DNA from: a virus
Taxonomy: Duplodnaviria > Caudoviricetes
Direction: 5' to 3' (one strand)
IMG/VR virus record: IMGVR_UViG_3300028557_000132
Coordinates: 1 to 31,197 of that record
DNA length: 31,197 nucleotides
This document shows positions 8,925 to 16,532 of this stretch, piece after piece. The stretch's first letter is position 1. Each line of letters begins with the position of its first letter. Made by a program: the position numbers and the translations under genes. The notes below the pieces were generated by a model. It made no database searches. It was not told the origin of the DNA and saw nothing but the letters and a program-made list of their open reading frames with translations.

Positions 8925-9598
8925 AGCCCGTAATTATTTAACCTCCGTTTGGTGTGTAGCGTTTGCCCTTGTGTCCACATACCATTAGAACGGTTGTAAG
9001 TGTTATCGCTTTGCCCTTGTAGTTCCTTTGTCGGGTTACTAGGGTGCAAGTGTGGGAACTTTAAATCGGGTGCAAATACTAAACCGTTTATTATCCTCGC
9101 TACATGGTACAAGTCCTCATCGCAAAACATTGATTTGTATTCGGGGTGGAAGAAATACCCAAACCGATTGTAAAACGCTTTAGTCATTATCGGTATGGTT
9201 AACACGGCTACGCCCATCGGTTGCAAACAGTCGTCAACCTTTAGTATTTGCTCTAGGTTAATATCCATTTTATCCGCTATCAACCTATCCCAATGTTTCG
9301 GGCAATCAAAGTCGTCACTAAGGTAAATCAGTATATTGCCTGTGGCGTACTTAGCCGCTGCATTAGTCGCACCCACTACATACCCATCGCTTGTATTCTC
9401 ACGTACTATGTGATGCGCCCCAAATAACCGTACATAGTCATCGTATCTCGGCTCGTCTAAGTCCAATGATAAAATATGTTCAATGGTTATCTTTGATGTA
9501 CCGTTGTTGTGGGCTTCGCTTTTAGCTAGCCAATTAAGGTAGTTAGCGTGCGCCATTTCGGGGCGACTGCGGCTGGGGTGTATTAGGCTTATTCTCAT
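8921..9598 (-). CDS. Glycosyltransferase family 2-like
   Basis: RISLIHPSRSRP, ATNAAAKYATGNILIYLSDDF, YKSMFCDED, FPHLHP. Confidence 0.8.
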   Translation of the reverse strand: MRISLIHPSRSRPEMAHANYLNWLAKSEAHNNGTSKITIEHILSLDLDEPRYDDYVRLFGAHHIVRENTSDGYVVGATNAAAKYATGNILIYLSDDFDCPKHWDRLIADKMDINLEQILKVDDCLQPMGVAVLTIPIMTKAFYNRFGYFFHPEYKSMFCDEDLYHVARIINGLVFAPDLKFPHLHPSNPTKELQGQSDNTYNRSNGMWTQGQTLHTKRRLNNYGL

Positions 9599-9999
9599 GC
9601 AAATGCTTTTTTTACTTGACTATCTAATTTATCATTGCCAGTCATTAGCCAATCTATTCTTTCTTTCCAATGCTCCCATAAGTTCTGTATAAAATATTCA
9701 AACGTGGCAATTGGGTAGCTATTATTAATTATGCTAGTTGATATATTGCCAATAATCCTATTTGGTTTTTCAGCAAAGTATTTTACATTTGTTGGGCAAA
9801 ACGGATAATCCATTAAATATTTACTTGTATCTATTCCCGAAATAAAACCACCGAATAACCCTGTTTTTACCGTTGGAGAATAATATGCAATATCGGTAAA
9901 GTTATGCAAGTATCTAGGCTTTGCAAGTGATAGCATATGAACTACATAAGCACCGTAAGCCGCTTGTTTAGTTTGCCAATCTTGTATGTCTAGTTTCAT
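9595..9999 (-). CDS. Hypothetical protein
   Basis: ATGA overlaps on both sides within the operon. Confidence 0.6.
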   Translation of the reverse strand: MKLDIQDWQTKQAAYGAYVVHMLSLAKPRYLHNFTDIAYYSPTVKTGLFGGFISGIDTSKYLMDYPFCPTNVKYFAEKPNRIIGNISTSIINNSYPIATFEYFIQNLWEHWKERIDWLMTGNDKLDSQVKKAFA

Positions 10000-10463
10000 T
10001 TTACGGCTTTTAGTTGTTCGGTTGTCGGTACTTTCGCAGCGTTAACGTGCTCGTTAATCTCCCATATCCTTGCATACCATTCAGGCGTTTCACGTTGCGG
10101 CATTTCCTTTGTCAAGACCTCTAATACGCTTGCCTTATCAGTTTTTCGGTCTATACATACCCTTACTTTTTTCAGAACATCTAAGTAATGGTTTTTGCAA
10201 AACTCCATATATTGACCTAGCCACCACTCTTGTTGCGCCTTATCCTTCCTCATACTTTCAATGTAGTGCAGCTTTACCTGTATATTTGTTTCTAAGTCAA
10301 ATATCTCAATACCTAGCTGCCAATATTCCACGCTATCGGGTTCGGCTTTATCTAGCGCCTTTTGCTTTGCTCCTTTATATCCTTCAATTAGGGATACATT
10401 TCGATGTTCACGGGCAAACCTATCTTGCCAGTCTTGTTCTAACTTGTCTTTATCGAACTCCAT
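9996..10463 (-). CDS. Hypothetical protein (helical)
   Basis: Overlaps both neighbours in the operon. Confidence 0.65.
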   Translation of the reverse strand: MEFDKDKLEQDWQDRFAREHRNVSLIEGYKGAKQKALDKAEPDSVEYWQLGIEIFDLETNIQVKLHYIESMRKDKAQQEWWLGQYMEFCKNHYLDVLKKVRVCIDRKTDKASVLEVLTKEMPQRETPEWYARIWEINEHVNAAKVPTTEQLKAVK

Positions 10464-11125
10464 TGGGGGTTTCTTTTATGTGTTGAAATTATATCGGTTA
10501 CTATCACGGGGGTTATGCCTGCTCTCATGCTGTCAAGGTGAAACCAACTATCGCTAAACTTACCTAACTGGTTTGGGTCATGCCTAAACTTTACCTTTTC
10601 GAGCAAGTTACGGCTAAACAGGCTACACCCTATTGATGGTACGCCTGTCTTTAGTTTGCCATCAAAAAACCCTATGCAGCTTTCGGGCGGTGGTACATCA
10701 AACCGCCTGTATGTGGCTTGGTTAATACCCATCAACTGAACGCCAACGGTGGTATTTAATCCTTCCTTCAAAAAGTATGGCACGTTAATGTTATCGGTAC
10801 GGTAAACTAGTAGCCGTTCAATAGTGTCTTGTGGGCAAAAGTTATCACATTCCAAACTAAACAGATAATCAAACCCGTTGGTTAGTGCGTACTCTCTTAT
10901 CAGTTCTTGTGATGCTGCGATATACGCTTCGGGTCTGCCTTTAGGTTCTACCCTGCGTACATCAAAACCCTTTATTGTCTTGTGCCATTTCGGGTCGTTG
11001 CTGTTATCCACTAGAATAATATGCAAGTTAGGATAGGTAAGTGTCCTAATGAACTTCAGCCACTCGTCAAGTACGTACGCCTTGCGCTGGTTTATTGGTG
11101 CTCCGAGTAGTATTTTGGGTATCAT
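10439..11125 (-). CDS. Glycosyltransferase family 2-like
   Basis: KILLGAP, LTYPNLHIILVDNS, FDYLFSLECD (ExD), IGCSLFSR, SD motif. Confidence 0.8.
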   Translation of the reverse strand: MIPKILLGAPINQRKAYVLDEWLKFIRTLTYPNLHIILVDNSNDPKWHKTIKGFDVRRVEPKGRPEAYIAASQELIREYALTNGFDYLFSLECDNFCPQDTIERLLVYRTDNINVPYFLKEGLNTTVGVQLMGINQATYRRFDVPPPESCIGFFDGKLKTGVPSIGCSLFSRNLLEKVKFRHDPNQLGKFSDSWFHLDSMRAGITPVIVTDIISTHKRNPQWSSIKTS

Positions 11126-11262
11126 TAGTTTAATTGTGGGTCAAACGGGAACACCCCGTATCGTCTGTAATGTACTATCGCATTAAATTGAGCATACAAC
11201 GTGGGGTAACAGTTCAATAATGCCTGCTGTATATCCGCTTCGTTGGCTTGCTCTATCGTCAT
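11125..11262 (-). CDS. Small hypothetical protein (45 aa)
   Basis: Read manually: MTIEQANEADIQQALLNCYP...; ATGA and TAATG overlaps fill the gap exactly. Confidence 0.55.
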   Translation of the reverse strand: MTIEQANEADIQQALLNCYPTLYAQFNAIVHYRRYGVFPFDPQLN

Positions 11263-11468
11263 AATCCAAATGGCTGTTCTTTATTAACCAATTCCGTTAA
11301 TGCGATACACGCCTCATGCCTGCCTATTATTGCACGTTCAAAAATATTATGCCAATTTAAATGATACCACTTTTTTAATTGCAGTACATAAAACTGGTCT
11401 AATCCTGTTTGCTCTTTATTCACCCCAACAACGGGTTTAATCCTGTATTTAATCTTAAATATACTCAT
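11259..11468 (-). CDS. Hypothetical protein
   Basis: ATGA overlaps on both sides. Confidence 0.55.
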   Translation of the reverse strand: MSIFKIKYRIKPVVGVNKEQTGLDQFYVLQLKKWYHLNWHNIFERAIIGRHEACIALTELVNKEQPFGL

Positions 11469-11686
11469 ATCCTATCGGTTGCTTTTAGTGCGTTCTCGAA
11501 TGCTCTATCTCTGAATCTGCCCCCGTTACGTGCGCCACGTTCCTTCAGCCGTGCCAGTCGTAATTGCGCAGCGGCTTCGGCTCTGTCTTCATACGGGTAT
11601 GTTTGCCTGCCGTTTATTACATCAAGTTCGGTAATACCGTACTGGTATGTTTTGCTTTCAGGGTAATATCGGTCAACTATTTTCAT
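11465..11686 (-). CDS. Hypothetical protein
   Basis: ATG at 11686 (MKIVDRYYPE), 3 nt after a TATATTTG box. Confidence 0.55.
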   Translation of the reverse strand: MKIVDRYYPESKTYQYGITELDVINGRQTYPYEDRAEAAAQLRLARLKERGARNGGRFRDRAFENALKATDRI

Positions 11687-11689
11687 GCT

Positions 11690-11697
11690 CAAATATA
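11690..11697 (-). promoter_or_regulatory. -7 promoter box TATATTTG heading the glycosyltransferase cluster
   Basis: caaatata at 11690-11697, in the short gap after the frameshift ORF stop (11710). Confidence 0.5.
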
Positions 11698-11709
11698 ATT
11701 AATTATCTG

Positions 11710-12482
11710 CTACTTAACAACTTCACTCATGTAAATCTGCATCTTGTATTCAACTTTACTACTCATGCGCTTGTGCATTATGTACGCAAACACTTCATGC
11801 ACGGGTAAAGATTTTACTATACTATCCTTGCTGATGTCGGGGCTTGCTTCCCTTAGTGTGGCATACCACCCGAACGGGGCTAACTTATCCTCGCCAGCCC
11901 GTTGACCTGCTGCTTTGTGTTTTGCCGTTCTGTAATCTCCGCTAGTCGGTTTGATAAATGTGTTGTATATCCACGCCCTAACCTCGCAAAAAAAAAGAAC
12001 GCACTAGCCGCATCTCTCGCATCCATATCCAAAAACTCGTTTGCTTTTTCGGTAACGTGTCCCTCCCCTTCGTACAAGTAAGCTAACACCATTGGCATAG
12101 CCCTGTGAATGTGCGTAGTGTTATCCATTATCGTTAGGGCTTCGATGCAGTTTCCAAATTCGATATTTCCGTACGGTATTCTTTTTGCCCCCATGTCCAT
12201 TAGCAATGGCTCACAAGCGGTGTAGGTTTTGCCGTTCACCTCAATAAAAGGTACTTCGTAAGGCTTTGGAAGGTATAACCCTTGTACGGCTATTTCAAGC
12301 ATACCCACGACCTCTGTAACGGGTTTGGCTAGTAGTTCCGCTTCGGTCTTATCCGTGCAAACTAGTAGCACTTTATAAGCCTGTTTAGGGTAACTTACTA
12401 GCATATCCGTTCCTGTCATATCGTCTGTAATGTCAACACCTATCAAGGCATCCATTACTTGTATGTACTGTCGTAGTGTCAT
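11710..12482 (-). CDS. Tail-assembly-chaperone-like gpGT product via -1 frameshift (about 257 aa)
   Basis: Slippery TTC TTT TTT TTT (A9 at 11988-11996). The -1 frame is open to TAG at 11710: CEVRAWIYNTF...PFGWYATLREASPDISKDSIVKSLPVHEVFAYIMHK... Confidence 0.65.
11880..12482 (-). CDS. Tail-assembly-chaperone-like gpG protein (unshifted product)
   Basis: MTLRQY start, I-E-FG...EA, VLAYLY, AFFFF near the C-terminus; TAATG overlap with terL. Confidence 0.6.
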   Translation of the reverse strand: MTLRQYIQVMDALIGVDITDDMTGTDMLVSYPKQAYKVLLVCTDKTEAELLAKPVTEVVGMLEIAVQGLYLPKPYEVPFIEVNGKTYTACEPLLMDMGAKRIPYGNIEFGNCIEALTIMDNTTHIHRAMPMVLAYLYEGEGHVTEKANEFLDMDARDAASAFFFFARLGRGYTTHLSNRLAEITERQNTKQQVNGLARIS

Positions 12483-13681
12483 TAGTAGTATATTTGGTTT
12501 TTAGGTTGACCCATTAACCCCGTACAGGCGTAGCGTGCCGCATCTATGGTATGGTTGAACGCATCAATAGGCTTGTTTAATAAATTACCCATCTTATCGC
12601 TTGCCCATGTATAGTTTTTCAATTCCTTCATAATGTCGGGGCTTTGACAAAATACTAACGGATATTGTTTCATTAGTTGGATACCCAAATTAATGCTATC
12701 CGCACCCTTTACCGTTGGCTTGATGTTGAACCCTTGGCGGTATATTTCCTCAATTGATTTTGGCTCTGCACTATCAGCAAAGATAACGTCATTTCGTGTA
12801 ACGCCCAAACCTCGCATCTTATCGCAAATGTCAGAGTTAGTCAACCCGTAACCGTATATTAGCTGCCTAACGTAAATTGCGCCCTCTGAATAGCGTATGT
12901 GTACTAAAGCCGTAGGGTCATTAGTAAAACCAAAATCAAGCCCGTAGGCTTCGCTTGTGAAGTGTTGCGGAAATTCGCCCGTTTCGTATTTGTCGAATAT
13001 CTTACCTTGCTTACCGCTGCCCCACTCACCCAGTACAACTACCCTGTAATATTCGGGGTCGATTTCCAATAGGCTTTCCATTTTGCGGATATAGTCGGGG
13101 TGTAAGTTCCGTATATTGCAATGGTAGGTAGTATGGATAAACTCGCACTCTGAATAGTTGGTATCGTGAAACTTGGTTTTTAGCCAGCAGTCCTCATTCT
13201 CGGTATTATAGCTTAAAACAATCTTTAGCTTTTTGCCTTTGGTTGTTCTTAATGATAGGTCAAACTTATTAAAGTCTGTATAACTCACCTCATCGGCTTC
13301 CTCAACCCATGCGTAGTTGACCTCTGTAATTGATTTCATTTTAGCCGTTGCGCTGCCGCTACTTGCACGAAACCCTTTAGCGATTATCTTGTTGCCGTTT
13401 AGCTTGCATTCTATTTCCATTGTGTTTTCTCGAATGTGAAATAGGTGCTCCATGCCGCTACCATTTATAATATCTTTTAGCTGTTGGAACTGTGAACCTC
13501 GAATGTCGCTAAAATTGGCACGGGCTATAACGCAACGAAAATAGTCTTGTTCAACCATGTTGATTACAATATCCTGTGCAGCGGTGTAGCTTTTCGCACT
13601 GCCACGCCCTCCCCACAAGCAAACATAACGCTTATTGGTTGACTTTAGACTATTATACGCACGGTTAAAATTTAACTCCAT
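12482..13681 (-). CDS. terL: Terminase large subunit (PBSX-like)
   Basis: Walker A WGGRGSAKS, Walker B WVEEADE, LGEWG, nuclease GLDFGFTNDP, ADSAEPKSI, NHTIDAARY. Confidence 0.95.
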   Translation of the reverse strand: MELNFNRAYNSLKSTNKRYVCLWGGRGSAKSYTAAQDIVINMVEQDYFRCVIARANFSDIRGSQFQQLKDIINGSGMEHLFHIRENTMEIECKLNGNKIIAKGFRASSGSATAKMKSITEVNYAWVEEADEVSYTDFNKFDLSLRTTKGKKLKIVLSYNTENEDCWLKTKFHDTNYSECEFIHTTYHCNIRNLHPDYIRKMESLLEIDPEYYRVVVLGEWGSGKQGKIFDKYETGEFPQHFTSEAYGLDFGFTNDPTALVHIRYSEGAIYVRQLIYGYGLTNSDICDKMRGLGVTRNDVIFADSAEPKSIEEIYRQGFNIKPTVKGADSINLGIQLMKQYPLVFCQSPDIMKELKNYTWASDKMGNLLNKPIDAFNHTIDAARYACTGLMGQPKNQIYY

Positions 13682-13885
13682 TTAAACCAATTCAGTCTTT
13701 ACAAAGGTAATGTTTGTTTTCTTATGGAAGTACCTATCTTTATTAGGGTTGTCTTTAAGGTAACTCGTTGCGCTGTGGTAGCTAACCCCGTGAGCCTTAC
13801 ACGCCTGTTTTAATGTCTTGTAGGCTAGGTAAAAGGTTTCGCCACGTACCGTTGTGATGGGTACTATTATTATCTTACCTTTCAT
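13682..13885 (-). CDS. Small HTH/NUMOD1-like DNA-binding protein
   Basis: YKTLKQACKAHGVSYHS pattern; abuts terL. Confidence 0.45.
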   Translation of the reverse strand: MKGKIIIVPITTVRGETFYLAYKTLKQACKAHGVSYHSATSYLKDNPNKDRYFHKKTNITFVKTELV

Positions 13886-13928
13886 TTATTATCATTTACA
13901 CAACTAAACCCCGATAAGAATTGTGCCT

Positions 13929-14306
13929 TTATTCGGGTTTGCTCATATCAACGTGCTTAATTACTATCGTGTTGTCTATCTTATCACCTCCGCTGGTTAC
14001 ATCTACCTTGCTCATGCTTAGTGCGTTCCTTTCGTCTGTCGTGGCTATTAGCTTGTATAGGCTTAATTGCAATGCTGGCGCTTCGCTTTTGTACCACTTG
14101 CTACGCATACTCGTTTTTACTTCGATGCGGTTGCGTTCAAGTAGTTCGTCTATTTCCTTTCTATCGTTCGTTTCGTTCGCAAAATGTTCGTAAAAAGCTG
14201 TTTTGCCACACGGTATAAACGCAACAACATCCTCAATAAAGAATAGCTTGTGTTTCTCTATTGCGGCTAAAGCTTGTTTCTTTAGCGTTGCGGTGTTATA
14301 TGCCAT
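13929..14306 (-). CDS. terS: Terminase small subunit
   Basis: N-terminal HTH (FIEDVVAFIPCGKTAFYE), C-terminal VDVTSGGDKI; upstream of terL. Confidence 0.75.
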   Translation of the reverse strand: MAYNTATLKKQALAAIEKHKLFFIEDVVAFIPCGKTAFYEHFANETNDRKEIDELLERNRIEVKTSMRSKWYKSEAPALQLSLYKLIATTDERNALSMSKVDVTSGGDKIDNTIVIKHVDMSKPE

Positions 14307-14510
14307 TACTTTTTATTTTGTCTAACCATTGCAATTTGATTTGATTAGCTATTTGTGCTGTCATTACTGGTGGTACACTCATGCCGATTAAATACTTTGG
14401 CTCGATGTTCTTAAAGTTGTAATCCATTGGATATGTTCCACATTGCTTTAATTCATTATTGGATAGCGCTTTTTTCTTTTCATAATGATACAATTCACTT
14501 CCACTTGCAA
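14296..14510 (-). pseudogene. C-terminal remnant of a C5-cytosine DNA methyltransferase
   Basis: LSNNELKQCGTYPMDYNF...YLIGMSVPP matches Dcm motifs IX and X. Motifs I-VIII are absent. Confidence 0.7.
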
Positions 14511-14888
14511 ACCCCACTCGTTCAACTCATCGCTATTCCACTCGTTTGCCAGCAATTCCCAGTCCCATTCACCAAAGCCTACGTTATCCTTGATTATAAA
14601 CTGCCGTTGTTCCTGCTCGGTCAATTCGCTGGCTTGCTTTACCCATGTATCGGGTATTTCCTCGTATTTAAGGTGTTGTAGGGCTTTTAAGCGCATATTG
14701 CCACCGAGTAGTACATTATCTTCGTTTACTACCATTGGGCGTAATTCAAGCATCTTTGGGAACTCCTTGATAGAGTTAACTAGCTTGTGGAACTTATCGT
14801 CTTTAATTACCCTCGGATTGCTTGGGTTTGGTTTTATTGTACTTAGCTTTATCATCTTGTTGTATTCGCTTGGTCTACCTGCTGGCAT
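14448..14888 (-). CDS. ParB/sulfiredoxin N-terminal domain protein (C-terminus apparently truncated)
   Basis: IKPNPSNPRVI, LVNSIKEFP...LRPMVV, LGGNMRLKAL, FIIKDNVGFGEWDWELLANEW. Confidence 0.85.
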   Translation of the reverse strand: MPAGRPSEYNKMIKLSTIKPNPSNPRVIKDDKFHKLVNSIKEFPKMLELRPMVVNEDNVLLGGNMRLKALQHLKYEEIPDTWVKQASELTEQEQRQFIIKDNVGFGEWDWELLANEWNSDELNEWGLQVEVNCIIMKRKKRYPIMN

Positions 14889-15168
14889 AATTACTTTTTA
14901 AACTCATTTCACTTATAATAAATTCTTCCGCAGTTGCGTATTCCCATTTTGTTTCCTTTGGTAATACTTCTACATACGCACTTTGCCCTGCAACAAGTAT
15001 GCAGTTATCTTCGTTGTAATCATTCTTATGGTACACTATGCCGTTATACTTAACGTACGTACTACGAATTACTATTTCAGCAAAAGTATCTGACGCATCT
15101 TTAAGCATGGTTAGCTTATAAGATAAATAGCAGCATAGTAAAGCTAGTAATATAATAATGATTAACAT
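14875..15168 (-). CDS. Hypothetical membrane-anchored protein
   Basis: N-terminal hydrophobic stretch MLIIIILLALLCCYL. Confidence 0.55.
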   Translation of the reverse strand: MLIIIILLALLCCYLSYKLTMLKDASDTFAEIVIRSTYVKYNGIVYHKNDYNEDNCILVAGQSAYVEVLPKETKWEYATAEEFIISEMSLKSNYASR

Positions 15169-15554
15169 GGCTTGACAAGTTCAATTTTCAAATCTTTTAA
15201 ATCGCCACCGCCTTCGGTAAAATCATTCTCGGATTGCAATAAGTCTTGGTATGCGGCTCGATAGCTTTTGTGCGCTACTATCTGCAAAAAATCGCCATTA
15301 CCTGTTTTATTGTAGTGCAATATAGCTTTAAACGCTTGTAATAAATCATCGGTAACAAACGTAAAGCCATTGTCGTTAGTTATTATCCATACTTGGTAAT
15401 CGCTTATGCACATCCAATCAATAAAACTTAGCATAGTGGTTTTGCCGTACTCAATGCTTTGCCGTTTGTCATTTAGCTTGAAGTTTATTACGCTGTCAAA
15501 TCGCATCTCAACATCTGAATACTTATCAATAAATCGGGCTAGTTTGTTGCTCAT
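15162..15554 (-). CDS. Hypothetical protein
   Basis: 130-aa ORF downstream of a TATCTTTG box (15597-15604). Confidence 0.6.
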   Translation of the reverse strand: MSNKLARFIDKYSDVEMRFDSVINFKLNDKRQSIEYGKTTMLSFIDWMCISDYQVWIITNDNGFTFVTDDLLQAFKAILHYNKTGNGDFLQIVAHKSYRAAYQDLLQSENDFTEGGGDLKDLKIELVKPC

Positions 15555-15610
15555 TGTCTTATGGTTTAGCTATTAGGTTATTGGTTTAGGTTTATACAAA
15601 GATACATTAT

Positions 15611-16006
15611 TTATTCGTTATTTGGTTTATCTTCGGGGTTCTTTAAAAGTCTTTCTTGGGCTTTACCCCAATCACTTAACTTCAATAATCCAGCTTCACG
15701 GTTGCCGTTAATCTCACCTTCAATGTAAAGGTAATTGTCATTCGCTGCTGCGTGTTTTTGTTTATTGGCTACTAATTCAAATTTAGGAAATTTGCTAGTA
15801 ACTTCATAAAGCAAACTTTCACACTCGTTTAAATCCGTTTGTAGCTTTTGTTTTTTAGCATAAATCCATTGATATTGGTCACGCCAATAATCACGGGCTT
15901 TAGATACGTTATCAAATTCCTTTGCTTTTACGGCTCTAAAGTACCTACCGATTAAAAAAGTAATTACAGGGGCTAGTATACCTATTGTTATTGTTAATGT
16001 GTTCAT
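15611..16006 (-). CDS. Hypothetical protein, N-terminal TM plus coiled coil
   Basis: ITIGILAPVITFLIG followed by a heptad region. Confidence 0.6.
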   Translation of the reverse strand: MNTLTITIGILAPVITFLIGRYFRAVKAKEFDNVSKARDYWRDQYQWIYAKKQKLQTDLNECESLLYEVTSKFPKFELVANKQKHAAANDNYLYIEGEINGNREAGLLKLSDWGKAQERLLKNPEDKPNNE

Positions 16007-16060
16007 TGGTTAGTCTTTACGTAAATTTACTAATTAATACTCTAATTATCAACTATTTAG

Positions 16061-16255
16061 CTACTTATTTAGTAGCGTTTCCAGTTCTTTTACCCTAGCC
16101 TTTAGCTGGGCTATCTCGGCATCACGTTCAGCAAGTGCCGTTTCACGCATTTCATGTGCGTAGGCTTTGATAGCTTCAATGGCTTTGTCGTTTGCGCCTT
16201 GTACATCATAAATATTATAACGTTTAAGTTGTTTAATTATTTCCTCTGGTGTCAT
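16061..16255 (-). CDS. Hypothetical coiled-coil protein
   Basis: Likely start MTPEEII at 16255, after a TAGATTTG box (16283-16290). Confidence 0.55.
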   Translation of the reverse strand: MTPEEIIKQLKRYNIYDVQGANDKAIEAIKAYAHEMRETALAERDAEIAQLKARVKELETLLNK

Positions 16256-16310
16256 TGCTTTTGGTTTTAGTGTTTGACAAAACAAATCTATTCTTTTGAA
16301 TTTACAAAAC

Positions 16311-16532
16311 TTATTTTAAACTATTTTTAGGGTTTATTATACTTTTCCAATATTCTTTTCCTTGTTGGGTTTTACCCCAAACAAAACCGAAAATTATAAA
16401 GTCTTTTAGGCTTTCAAAATTACTTGCCGTTGTACGGGCTTGGATTAGGTCGGCTCGCATTCCTATCGGAAGTTTATTGAGCCAATAATTAAAAGGGTAT
16501 ATCACTTCCAATGTTTTCAAATTCCTCATCAT
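16311..16532 (-). CDS. Hypothetical protein
   Basis: FVWGKTQQGKEYW phage-type motif; overlaps the helicase end. Confidence 0.5.
   Translation of the reverse strand: MMRNLKTLEVIYPFNYWLNKLPIGMRADLIQARTTASNFESLKDFIIFGFVWGKTQQGKEYWKSIINPKNSLK

Noticed and set aside
5606-11125. Host LPS/capsule locus or gtrABC serotype-conversion cassette
   Set aside because: No membrane proteins, flippase, polymerase or sugar-synthesis genes; the genes are short and coupled to phage late genes.
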